This document shows positions 52,033 through 64,000 of a stretch of 64,000 bases of DNA, one piece after another. How positions within the stretch are numbered: position 1 is the stretch's first letter; the number at the start of each line of letters is the position of its first letter. The position numbers and the translations under genes were made by a program. Under the pieces are notes generated by a model, which saw only the letters and a list, made by a program, of their open reading frames with translations, was not told the DNA's origin and ran no database searches. The stretch is from Phoronis australis (Eukaryota > Animalia > Phoronida). The DNA lies in NCBI GenBank assembly GCA_002633005.1, contig NMRA01001022.1, positions 4,982 through 68,981 of the forward strand, read 5' to 3'.

Positions 52033-53897
52033 TGCTTCTTCATGTCTGTTGGTAGGTTAGTGGTGCCACACCTCCAACATCAGAGAATAACAGAGCGGAG
52101 AAGCAGCTCGTACCAATCAAACACATCCGCCGTTCAAAACTAATGAAAGCGAAGATTCAGGTCAGCCGTCGATCACTGAGGCACACCGAACAACAATAAC
52201 ATAGACACACACAACAACACACAGACAACATTTAGTTGGTTGGTGGTCTGTAATCGGTGAATCACACAAGACCATGAGATTTCGTGGTGCGGTTACTTCG
52301 GTTTGACAACTCAAATTCACTGATGACGGAATGTGTTTTTCAGTTGGTGGTTTTGTATTTCTTATCCCATTAACCTGACAATTAAACAAAACGATTTTCA
52401 TTGCTGGGAATCCCATTACAGGGTAGTCAAAAAACTTACCACTGTTCTAGTTAAGAAATGGATCGTGTAACCTGTTCTGGTTTACTTTATACACACCCAA
52501 TCTCTGTGAACTTGCAGTCAAGGTAAAGAATGTCCTTTGGTTCGTTGGCAGGGAATAAAGATTGTTGTTTCCCGTACTGTTCAAAAGTGGTGACCACATA
52601 GAAAATTACACATTTGAACAAAATTAATTAATTGAGCCTGGCGTCAATCATGTCGGCAAGTTACTGCAAAGGTTCAGCTGTGCGTGGCCTATTATTTGTA
52701 AATAGAAGCGGCGAAGCCATAACTTAGTGCCAGTGAAACTTTTGCCCAATATTCGTCCGGATTAAGGCGTTATCGCTGAAACATTAAAGGATCTGTGATG
52801 CAAACAAAAATGGCGCAAGACCATTTTACGTTATGCTTTCCAGCAGCAGTTGAATCACTGCAAGTTATTCCGTTTTACTTAGATGACCAGTCTCCATTTT
52901 TATTGTAGTTGTTTACTATTAACATGTGGCCAGGCTAGTTTTCGTTGTGTGTTCCTAGTCACGTAACTTATGTAAAGCCAAAGGGGCATAGCACTATTCC
53001 ATATACGAACACATACAAAAACTCCTCAAATGATATTACAGAACATACTGACGAACCGCTATTATTAAGAATTTCAATTTAGGTCTAATTGATTCAATGC
53101 TTATCATCTAAAAGTTAGATGTCAACAGTTAATCCTTTTTACCTACGGTAAATTCCCAGTAGGCCTAAGTGACTAATGCCTTGTCGAGAATAAATGCTTA
53201 GGCGACGAGTTCGTGTTATTCATGACCACCTATTTTACAGTGCTAGTTATACAGTGGGCAATAGTTATAACACTACGCACAAAATCACGGGGTGATAATT
53301 ACCTCTAACATTTACTAAATTGCACCATGTACGTAACCTGCATCAAATACCTTAGTCAGTGTTGGCAACAACAACTTTGTGTATGGAAATAAGTATAATT
53401 TCTATCTTACATTTTCTAATTGTATTTAATTTCGTATTCCATCTCGTTTAAACTCTTATTTAACGGCATTGTTTAAAGAGATAATATCACACATGACGTC
53501 TGGCCCCTGCGGGTATGTGTAAGGTAAAACTGTTTCCCTGTTGAAAAAGGTGTTTTGGAATGTTGAAGCTCAAGAGTTTTCACTTGGTACATTGTCAGTG
53601 GGTCCCCGAGCTGTAAGAATTAAAAAAAAAAAGTTTTTCTGAGTACTTTCACCTGGCAGTTATTTTTAACGCTTTCCATCTCATTCATACGCGTAGTTTT
53701 CAGTTGCAAAAAGTTCTCGAGTTTGAAGTTGCAAATTTCGTAAACGTGCCAATGAATTCCGTGAAAAATAACAATGTGTTGAAATTGATAGTTCGTTTTC
53801 AATGCGTCACTATTGATAAGAAATGTTATATCAGGCATTTTAACGACACATTAAGCATTGTTGTTCACATTAAACGCGGTTAAAATAGCTGTATAGA

Positions 53898-53972
53898 GGA
53901 GGCATTTTGGCCTGGTGGGAAAACCGTTCGCTTCCTTTACTCGAAGTCCTGGGTTCGAGTCCCACTGAGGCA
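53898..53972 (+). mobile_element. tRNA-derived SINE head / pseudo-tRNA
   Basis: TGGCCTGGTGG A-box-like and GGTTCGAGTCCC B-box; no intact cloverleaf. Confidence 0.55.
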
Positions 53973-56900
53973 CACTGATAAACCTTTGAGTCAGATTTCT
54001 AGCTCCTCAGTTCGATTTTAACTGTAGATCAACAAAGCATAAAATGGTTCCAGGTCATCAGTGCAGTGAGCCTACCTGAGCGTCCTGCGCACATCTGGTA
54101 CACGTTGTACCAGAATACCTGCAATTTTCCCCAACTGAAACTAGGTCGCAAGCTGGTCGCATAGAGATCGGTAGCTTGGCGTATTCATTCTTCACTTTGT
54201 TTTTCTTTGTTGTCATGACGATAATGGCAAGTGCGGCTGATGTGCGCCCAAGGTACGATATCCATGCGACATGTATTTTTATATCCAACGAAGACGCAAC
54301 AAAGGAAAACGATGGAAGTGTCCGGTAGGCGATAACCATGCGACCTGCTTACTCCTGTCGCATGGATGTCGCAAGTTAAACAAAACCAAATTGCGATCTC
54401 CATACAAAGTCATTTAGCATGAGTTAGTGCTAGAATATAAAAGTACTTTAAATTACATAAATTCGACGAACAAATTTGATTTCGTCAAATTAACTCTGGC
54501 CCTCTCGTTCACCACCAACGTCTTCCCTTGGCCTAGCAGGTCCAGATTGAAGTAGAGTCATTTGCAATCATTAGTAACACTGAAACGACTTGGATAAACC
54601 TCGTAAAAATACATGTAGTATGGAGCACAAAATTGTGTTGTTCCACGTTCATTGAGACATGGAAGTTGGGAAAAAACGAATATTGATCAAAATTTAGCTC
54701 ATCATTTGTATCCCTAAACTGTTCATTTTTGATCAATTGCAATGTTTCATTGTGAAAGATGTATTGAAAAGTTGATTTTTGTTAATGACGTATTGGCGCC
54801 TTTCATTTTTTCATACAAGTACGATATTGAAAATGTCAATGTTTTGCCAATGATATTTTGTGGAAAGGTTATTTTGGAAATAAATTGTATCGTTAAAAGT
54901 GTCTGGGTAAAACGTATACCGATAGAACTCTGTCTATGGTTTGATAACGGCTGAAGCAGTTCCGTAAATAGAATTATTCTCATTCTTATCGTACCCTCTT
55001 TTCAAGTCCTATCAAACACCATCATTCATGGCTGATATACATTATCAATTATGTACACTGAAATGGTTGAACTTGCTATGCATAACACAAGAAACGCCGT
55101 GGAGTCAGTCCTCCGTCCTGTGGCATCCGTTCACCCAATACTTTTAGTAATACGTAATTTAGATTTTATTATAAAATGTTATTTTCAAAAAGTCGGGCCC
55201 AGAACAATTTTTGAAGTGTAGTTACACTGCTTGCAGACAACATTAAGATATTCTTGGGCTCCATTTTTCGTTAAAATCAGTACAAAATGAATTTTAGCTC
55301 ATACCAGCTTTAATAAAATGTATTCTCAAAACTACCCTTTGAACCTGACATTATTTTTCTAAGATAAACAAAACTTAATATATAAGTTAACATAATTCTA
55401 TCATAGTATACTTGACTGATTAAATCCTCAGCAATCATGTGGTTTCCAGACCCCCGGAAACATTGCCAAAAATACTCAGACGAATGTTTTACATGCAAAC
55501 ACTTTTATTGTTTGCCTTTGCATGGTCAAAATGAGGAGCAACATTTTTGGTAACTTAGGATAAACCTTTTTTGCTGTACTTTTTTCCTAGCAACGACGAA
55601 TATCTTACTCTGGCACCCACTGTAGATTTGCAATTTGCACCATTCGCGAGTACCAGAAATGGGGTTTCTCAGTTTGGAATTGGCCAATGTTGCTTTTACA
55701 GCACCCGCTGATGCTTAATAAATTTGACACTTTATTCTGTAAAAACGTCGACCCGTTTTGTTCAGAAAATGCGAAACTAAATTAATGAATTGAAGATACT
55801 TTATTCAACCACAGTAGAAAAAATAATTGGCACGGCAGTACTCACGAATTGTTCTCCTACAACTTAGGTCCCACTAACTAATATAATTCCTTACCATTGC
55901 AATTTGTTTTGGATGTTTCCTTTTTTCATCAAAACGATAAGCCAAACTGGAGCTGGACATGGCAAGTATATGTGCTAGATGACGTATACTGGTGCTTTGT
56001 GATTTTGATAACTGCTGCTGCGGTCCGGCGGTTACGATAAAAATCGCTGTGCATTGACTACCCATGCACTTAAACGTCTGCGTCAATATGTGAAAAAAAC
56101 TTGGACAAAACCATAGCAACCCCAAGATACGAATGTAACTGTCCTGTTTAATTAGGATGGCCTACTATTAAAACTATAGGGCCTTAGAAGAGGACTTATT
56201 AAGCCCTAACTTAGTTTAGTAATTCTGTTTAGCTAGTATTTTCACTCTATTCCTAGAAAATAATGGCGGCGATATTGTCTCAATCAATACTGGTGAATGC
56301 ATTGTCACTGAGTGAAGGCGTGATGTTCACGCCGGCGAAAACAGTGCATTTTTAAAATACACCAAAAAGACCAAAAACGCGAATATTAAAATAGTCGCGG
56401 GTACGTTTTGATCTTCTTCAGAGCTTTTACGAGATTAGATGACTTGTTTTCAAGTGTGGTGGACACTCGCTTTTCATTGGCGTGATTATGTGTGGTCTTG
56501 CTTACCGGTCTGGCTTTTTCGCGAACTATTTACTTATACAGAGCTTATCCCAGCTACTGTGCACGACTTGTCATGTTTGTTTCACTGAGCTTAAATTACC
56601 GTCAATTAAATGTTATCGACCTCGGCCACCATTCAACACTGTTTCCACACAACCCAAATCACTTAAAAGGATACCAAACACGGTTTTGTCTTAAGTAACA
56701 GATACTGAAAACGACCTTCCCAATCAAAATAATGTTCTGTAACCCTCGACAATCCTCAAAAGTTTAGAGGAAAAATTGAAAACTTTAAAAGTCTGCTGAA
56801 CAAGCAAACGTGACCTACGCTTTTAGCGAAAAGACCACCCACCAAGGACAGTAACGTCCACTCTGTGACACAGGAAGTATGGGTTTTATGTAATTTATTC

Positions 56901-57599
56901 CTGCCTTTAACTTGGAACATTGGCGTAAATGATGAATTAGAATGTGACAGAACGATGACTGGTGGAAATCATCAAAATAAGGTTTAGTATCGTTTTGATT
57001 AAGCAACCAGTAAATCGCTGTTTCGGTAGGTCTACAAAAATTGATACATTGTCACTAAGTAAACAAAAGCCCGCACTAAACACAGTCAAACTAATTATTT
57101 TTGAATCACCGAAAAACAATTAATTTATTTCCAGGAAGTGCATTACGCTTTTAAAAAATCGTTTGTACCAATACAAATCATGTTAACCTCATTTAGGTAA
57201 ATCCCGAGTGACGCTCAGAGGCGGCAACGGCAAATGAAGCATGGATGTAATCGGTGAAAGGAGAGTAAACAGTATACCAACGTATCCATAATTGTTCAAT
57301 AGATTTTTTTATTACAAGGCAACAAACACAAATTAGTCAACATTCAAGTTTGCCTTCAACATTTTCCAAGGGTTGACAGGGAAACCGAACTGAACGTCGC
57401 GCTTGGTAACAAATCGCTCTGTGCAATCTTTTCAGACTCTTCGAACCGTCAAGAGAGTCACATTTGACCGTCTGTGCTAACCATGAGCACTGGCCATGAG
57501 CCCCATCTTCCAGATCGACTCTCTAAGAATGTCAGCACTCTAGAAGATCTTCAGTCCCTCTGAAAGCAGTTTTGGAGCAACATGCCCATTATTCAGTGC

Positions 57600-58036
57600 A
57601 TAGTTAGCGCTGCCTTTGAATATAGTGACAGTAGCGTTTTCTTGAGTAAGTTCAATCAGTCTATATTGCTTGATCCAACTTTAATTTGAGTTCAGTTATT
57701 CAAAAAGACTTAGTGCATAGGAAATTGTTTTGTTAGTGCCCTTTGATATGTTCACCAATTATTTTAACCAGAAAAGAATCTGAGATGATGTGGTTCTTCA
57801 TCAGTTGACACACAATGTAGTACAGTGTCCCAGAAAGCTATTTTCGTAGTCTCAAACATGAGGACACCACGTGAAGATGCGAAGGACCGTAAAATTTCGG
57901 TGAACGCGCGGAAACCCTCATGACTTTCATACTGGAGAACGACTGAAACTCGATCATGCACCTCCGATGGCAAAGTTGAGTCTACGAAAATGATAGACTG
58001 GTGATCCCAATGGCTCCGAAATCCCAATTTCGTCAT
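57600..58036 (-). mobile_element. Possible Crypton-like (DUF3504) remnant
   Basis: RFFS...ISKGTNKTISYALSLFE* resembles the N-terminal helix of Crypton/ZMYM-type recombinases; otherwise decayed. Confidence 0.35.
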
Positions 58037-58801
58037 TCATCCGGAACACCTCGAGTATTTTCGGGATATCAAATTTTCCGTCGGGTCATCTTGAACATCT
58101 CGGTTAGTTCGTAACCTGGTTCTAGATTAGTTCGTAGCCTCGGCGAACTATCCATCAGAGATATTTCATTTGTGCATGTGCGAAATTCAATCATTTTAGC
58201 AAGACATGTGGCTCGGAAAATGGAGAATGTCGTCAAATGCATGGGCATATCCTGGTAATAACAAAATTGAACACGACTACGTTTTGAAGCGATCGTCACG
58301 ATTGGTGATTGGTGTCCACTTTCTGGCAATTATTCAAACTTGGCATAAAATTTGAGAGATGAAGACGATTATAGATCATTTATTTTGTTTCGTACTTCAA
58401 CCCGTTAATAGAGATATTTGAAACTAGTCTGCTGGAATACCTTTTTCATTTCCTAGATATCACAATTAACCCTACAGCCTTCTCTCACCAAACTATCTTC
58501 ACCCTGGAACGAGACTATAGAGGCAGTTTCGAGATCACACGTGACCATAGTTCCCGCGAGTCATCACGGTCAATACCCCATCGCCGGAAGGAGACGCCGA
58601 AGATCTAGGACATCAAAAAAGGTAATCCAGTAGGCCAATATCAACTTAAATATCATGAACATTCCTGGATGGCTCAACACCCCGGCCAACCCGCGATCGA
58701 GAACGCCCGGAAGGCGATCGATCGAGAACGAGACCTTGCACCGAAAATGGCAGACGACAGTGACATACCTGGTGAGCTTTTAAGCAGAAAATGACACTTA
58801 A

Positions 58802-60456
58802 AGGAGAATGCCACCCAAAAAACAACCTATTCTGTATCAATTTAGATCGAGTAGCTCCTCTCGATAACGGCAGGTTCGGTTGCGTTACCTGACACCTGAC
58901 GGCAGGCGGAGGTGTTGAAATTATCCAATGACGTAATTGGTTTCACACGCAGTCTGTTCAGCAGTTCACAACACGGATTAGTGGTGACAGCTTATCGCTT
59001 GAATTCATCTTTTAACACCAATTAATCGTCAAAAATCGATGTAAAACCGTTAAAAAACACCGAGTTCTTGTAAAAACGTGTTGTTTTATTTCGCTGTCAC
59101 GGATTTACTGGTATTTGGACACATCGTAGCCTACAAAGTTCGGCATGCCAATTTAGCAAGGTCCGTAGCAGGATTTTGGGGTCTGTTCGGAGATAAATTC
59201 GAAGTATTCTCCGTGAAATACAGACAGGAGAACCTAGATCTGTGTAGTTAATACTTTGTGATTTTTTTAGTTCTAAACACACAAAACGCTTGTTATCCCG
59301 GTCAGTGGCTCGGAACCCGATCAGGCCCGTCGCGACAGCCGGGACTGGCACGAACATAAAGCAGCTTGAGTTGGAAACTAAACCTCCAGTCACAAAAAGA
59401 CTATAATAGTGAGCCAAAGAAATAATGTGCACGTAATTATATATGTGAATTAGCCATGAAACTGAAAATCTACTTACTTGTCGGGGGCCGCGAAGTAGGG
59501 TTCCCCTTCCACAGACCGTCATTGCAAAGGTTGTACAGTAACAATGTTTTGAATTATGTATTTATATTTCTAAATAAAGATTCCCCTAACATGTGACCAT
59601 AGCATATAAAATCGAGTAATTCCTTCACAACAGCTTTCTGTCAGCGAACACTGAATTAGCATGCGCTCACACGGCCTCAGTGCCCGGACAATTACCTTTG
59701 CTGCCGGCATCAAAAGCCGGTAACGCAGTGGTTTATTCATTGCTGGCTTTTTAAAACATTTGCACTTACGAGCACTCCAAGGCAATACTAATACTGTATC
59801 TAATGAGACAGACTTTGATTCGAGGTTTCATATAAGCATTGGTTATGAGAATAATTCATTTCGAAACAAAACGCAGAATAGTAAACGTCTACACGGCAAC
59901 TCGCCCGGCGCCAATCCTGACTTAGTCAAGAGCTCATCCGACGAAGACTACACGGATCGTTACTATAGGTTTCACAGGCTACCGGTTCGAACCGGAATAC
60001 GAAATACTAGACAGGCGCCGTGAACATGCACAGGCAACGAAGCGTATGGATAGTTCTTTGGTAAACCGGAATTCGTCAGAGAAATCCCTGTCGACGAAAT
60101 ACCGGCCACAGACACGGAGATGTTTCACGGCCTCACTTGCTATTAACAGCGTACCTTTCATTCTTCACTACCGCGAGCCACTTCCTAAGCATTTAGGCTC
60201 TCTAAGAAGTCGAAAAAGCCATTAATACCCGCTTTCTTGGCAGCTTCATAGTTCGGACAAGCGGAAACCGATGCACCGCAACGTAGCAACATTCACTCTG
60301 CAGACGAACCACTGACGTCGCAGCGTCGCTTCTCACCTTCCTCACAGGTTAACGCGACACCCCTCGGCAAGGTGAGGTCGACTGTATAAGAGGCGATGTG
60401 GATATAGACGGATTAAGACGGTAAAAAAGACTAACTAAATCGGGTGGCATTCTCCT
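58802..60456 (-). mobile_element. Kolobok-like THAP transposon, internally deleted
   Basis: 15-bp TIRs AGGAGAATGCCACCC / GGGTGGCATTCTCCT with TTAA on both sides. THAP remnant at about 60295-60050 (RCGASVSACPN..LRKWLAVVK..LRVCGRYFVDRDF). Confidence 0.8.
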
Positions 60457-61158
60457 TTAAATGTGTCATTTTCTGCTTAAATAGAGGCCACTTTGGTACG
60501 AATGCTGCACACAGAAGAGCGTCAGAGTGTAGCATTTGTTGTGGATCTGAAATAATACTTGGCTTTCGCTTATTTTTTTAAAATAAAGAGCTCATAAAGC
60601 AATGACTTTCGGTAAAATGCCTTCTGCCTCGTAAGATCGACAATTTTTACTTGTTATTAGCAATTCCAGGGTTCTTAAGAAGAGACGCGTGACGTTTATA
60701 GTTTAATCGTCCCCGGTGACACATTTATTAGTTATGATTTGTGAAACAATTTGAGATATTTACCAATACAAGCAGGTCCTTGTGTGAGACGGCGATCGGG
60801 AACGATGTCGTTTCTCTATGGCGATCGTGAACGCAAAAAAGGCGATCGTGATCGCACATTTTCTCTCTCTACATTGACCTGAATAGTCGTTCAAGTTACG
60901 GTATTATGTCATTAATTTTAGAATAATGCGGAACCTGAATTAGTTGATGGGTTGATTATTAATTACATTTGATCGTTTGTTTCACTATTTCTAAGAGAGA
61001 TTTAGCCAAACATAACTGAATGCCTTTGATTTTTTCAGTTGAACTGTAGTCACACGAGGAGTCCTTCAGGGTGTTAACGTCCACGCCTTCAAAAAAGAGT
61101 AGTACAACTACTGCATGTCGCAACGGAGTGTGTGTGTGTGTGTGTGTGTGTGCGTGTG

Positions 61159-61983
61159 NNNNNNNNNNNNNNNNNNNNNNNNNNNNNNNNNNNNNNNNNN
61201 NNNNNNNNNNNNNNNNNNNNNNNNNNNNNNNNNNNNNNNNNNNNNNNNNNNNNNNNNNNNNNNNNNNNNNNNNNNNNNNNNNNNNNNNNNNNNNNNNNNN
61301 NNNNNNNNNNNNNNNNNNNNNNNNNNNNNNNNNNNNNNNNNNNNNNNNNNNNNNNNNNNNNNNNNNNNNNNNNNNNNNNNNNNNNNNNNNNNNNNNNNNN
61401 NNNNNNNNNNNNNNNNNNNNNNNNNNNNNNNNNNNNNNNNNNNNNNNNNNNNNNNNNNNNNNNNNNNNNNNNNNNNNNNNNNNNNNNNNNNNNNNNNNNN
61501 NNNNNNNNNNNNNNNNNNNNNNNNNNNNNNNNNNNNNNNNNNNNNNNNNNNNNNNNNNNNNNNNNNNNNNNNNNNNNNNNNNNNNNNNNNNNNNNNNNNN
61601 NNNNNNNNNNNNNNNNNNNNNNNNNNNNNNNNNNNNNNNNNNNNNNNNNNNNNNNNNNNNNNNNNNNNNNNNNNNNNNNNNNNNNNNNNNNNNNNNNNNN
61701 NNNNNNNNNNNNNNNNNNNNNNNNNNNNNNNNNNNNNNNNNNNNNNNNNNNNNNNNNNNNNNNNNNNNNNNNNNNNNNNNNNNNNNNNNNNNNNNNNNNN
61801 NNNNNNNNNNNNNNNNNNNNNNNNNNNNNNNNNNNNNNNNNNNNNNNNNNNNNNNNNNNNNNNNNNNNNNNNNNNNNNNNNNNNNNNNNNNNNNNNNNNN
61901 NNNNNNNNNNNNNNNNNNNNNNNNNNNNNNNNNNNNNNNNNNNNNNNNNNNNNNNNNNNNNNNNNNNNNNNNNNNNNNNNNNN
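61159..61983. other. Assembly gap preceded by (TG)n
   Basis: Run of N; microsatellite at 61128-61158. Confidence 1.
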
Positions 61984-63395
61984 CTGGAGATCGTGAACTG
62001 ATGATGCAGGTGAACTTAGGACCAAGACTACAAAACAGAAGAGTCAAACACAACGTACATTCAAGCCACATGGGTGACATAAGTCAATCTGTTCATCTCT
62101 GTATCGATGTTATCAGTAAAACATCAAGTAAAATCCCACTCGTTTTATCAGCACACAAGTTTACATAACTTCTGGCCAATTTTTAATCCCACACATTTAT
62201 AAGTGATCTTTGAATCATCTCGTGAAGTGTTGCCACACTCCCCTCTCTCCCCATGGGCAAGCTCATCATCTTTCTTTAACTTCACTGGCTATTAATTTGT
62301 TTTTTTTTTCTTTTGCTGTCACAATTTTACAATAAGATTCTACACTCCCTTTCATACCGGTGCTGCAACAATTTGTCTACCCTTGGATGACACGCCACAT
62401 GGAACAACTCCTGGGTGAGTCTTCAGTTTAGAAACTCTTGTTCTCAGTGGTTTCGTCTAAAAGTAGATGCCTGTACTTTTCAAAACCGTGGTAGGATGTA
62501 CCTTCACATCGTGAATAACATGTTCGTTGAAGCTCGCCTAACAATAGCAGTGAACTTGTTTCCTGAAATGAAAATAAATTCGTTTGTGAACCTAAAATTA
62601 TGCTTGAAATACATGTAGTGCTTATGGAAATTTAATGGAAGTATGCTATTTTGTTGTTCAGTTTTGATACGGAAGTAACACAGTAATGACACAAAATGTG
62701 ATTAATTCATTGCACTTATTTTGTAACCATTTTCACGTTTAAAATTTAAATGTTCATTACTGTTCGACACACCACGATGCGTTCGCGATCGCATAAACAA
62801 ACACAAATTTGCGTTTTCGATCGCTTATCGTTGCGTTCTCGATCGCAACTTTCAGCAGAAAAGCGTCGAAAAATCAGAGATCCTGACAAAACTACCAAAA
62901 ACAAGGGTTGCTTTATGTTTTCACACGCCATTTCTTCATAACTCAATGGTCAATTTATTGATTTAGTGCCAAAAATAACGACAATTTGCCTACATGACAT
63001 ACAAACCACCTTAGGCTTAAGCGATGCCAACATCAATCATAGAGGGATACACTGTGAGTTAGGCAATTGCATCGCCCTGGATACCGCAGGCAAGTGAGGG
63101 GCTACGTGTTGCCTTGAGAGTGAGCAGGACGTACCGTAGCCAACAAGACCGCCAGCCAGGAAATATAAAGCGAGCATCTGTTGACAATGATAAGGAATAG
63201 TATTAAATGGGTTAAAATCTATCGCTTCATATCTTATTCAGGACTACTTTATCAAAATCTATGGCATGTGAATAAGCTTAGTATTTATGCCACATGAAAA
63301 TTCAATTATGGACGCCGTCACAGGTACGTTTTCCACTGTATTTAGATGTTGATTCACAAATCAGGAATTCAACAACCTGAAATTACTCCATCANG

Positions 63396-63610
63396 ATTGA
63401 CGTGTTGCATGCGTCAAGAGTTTTTTTACCAATATAGTAAAACACAGCATGAAGCATCGTGCTCAGGAACCAAGTCGATTCAGTGTCCTATCTGTGATCA
63501 ATGTTTCACGGAAAGATTGAGCATGATGAGATACTCCTTTTTGTGGTGAATGTGGCATGTCATGCAAACAGTATGCCTCCTTCTACAGGCATAAGAAGCA
63601 GAAACGTGTG
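63396..63610 (+). pseudogene. Degenerate C2H2 zinc-finger array fragment
   Basis: Reads CC..FFYQYSKTQHEASC, CPICDQCFTERLSMMRY and, after a frameshift, FCGECGMSCKQYASFYRHKKQK. Confidence 0.55.
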
Positions 63611-64000
63611 GTCATGAATGAAATCATTAAGTCCGGTGGTGAAGGTTGTTAAGTCACTATAGTTTATTCAGATTTACAGAGTCTGTAGTTGGTAGTTGTT
63701 TGATGTGATAGTATTTTGACGTTTTGTTTTGAACCTTTTTTCCTCAAGTTTCTTTCTATATTTGTGTAATTTCAAAAGAATCTTTAACAGAACCAGTACA
63801 TTTTTGTGGTGTTTAGGTAGATTTAAATGGCCACACTAAGTGCCGTTGGCAATACAAATGTACTTACATACAATTGTTCTGACCAATTAGTATTTTAAAA
63901 GAAAATATATGTCTATGGTTATTGTAGATATTGCTTTCGTATTGTTGTTGATTTCCTGTGAGAGACTATTATACTATCAGTCAGTCATGATTCAGTGATG

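Overview
This is a repeat-rich, AT-rich animal (invertebrate, probably lophotrochozoan; an inference) draft-assembly window with spliceosomal introns and three N-gaps. Four host genes are supported: (1) exon 1 of a mitochondrial-clan cytochrome P450 (minus, 3794-4013; the rest lies left of the window); (2) an intronless class A GPCR (26426-27547); (3) five spliced exons of a secreted GH9 endoglucanase-family gene (38440-42088), whose 3' half is not found; (4) an intronless somatomedin-B-domain, methuselah/adhesion-like class B GPCR (minus, 52032-50041, cut by a gap). The rest is mostly decayed mobile DNA: a Tx1/L1-like LINE nested inside another, Ngaro/DIRS-like remnants with SGNH hydrolase, several THAP-domain DNA transposons (ISL2EU-like, Kolobok-like), hAT, piggyBac-like and Crypton-like remnants, tRNA-derived SINE heads, and a stack of Helentron-type non-autonomous elements. 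The most notable observation is the GH9: its frame and splice sites are intact, but the catalytic-base motif DAGD reads DAGN and the conserved DH His is Ile, which makes it a candidate GH9 pseudo-enzyme or an enzyme with altered activity. All calls are by eye; no searches were run.
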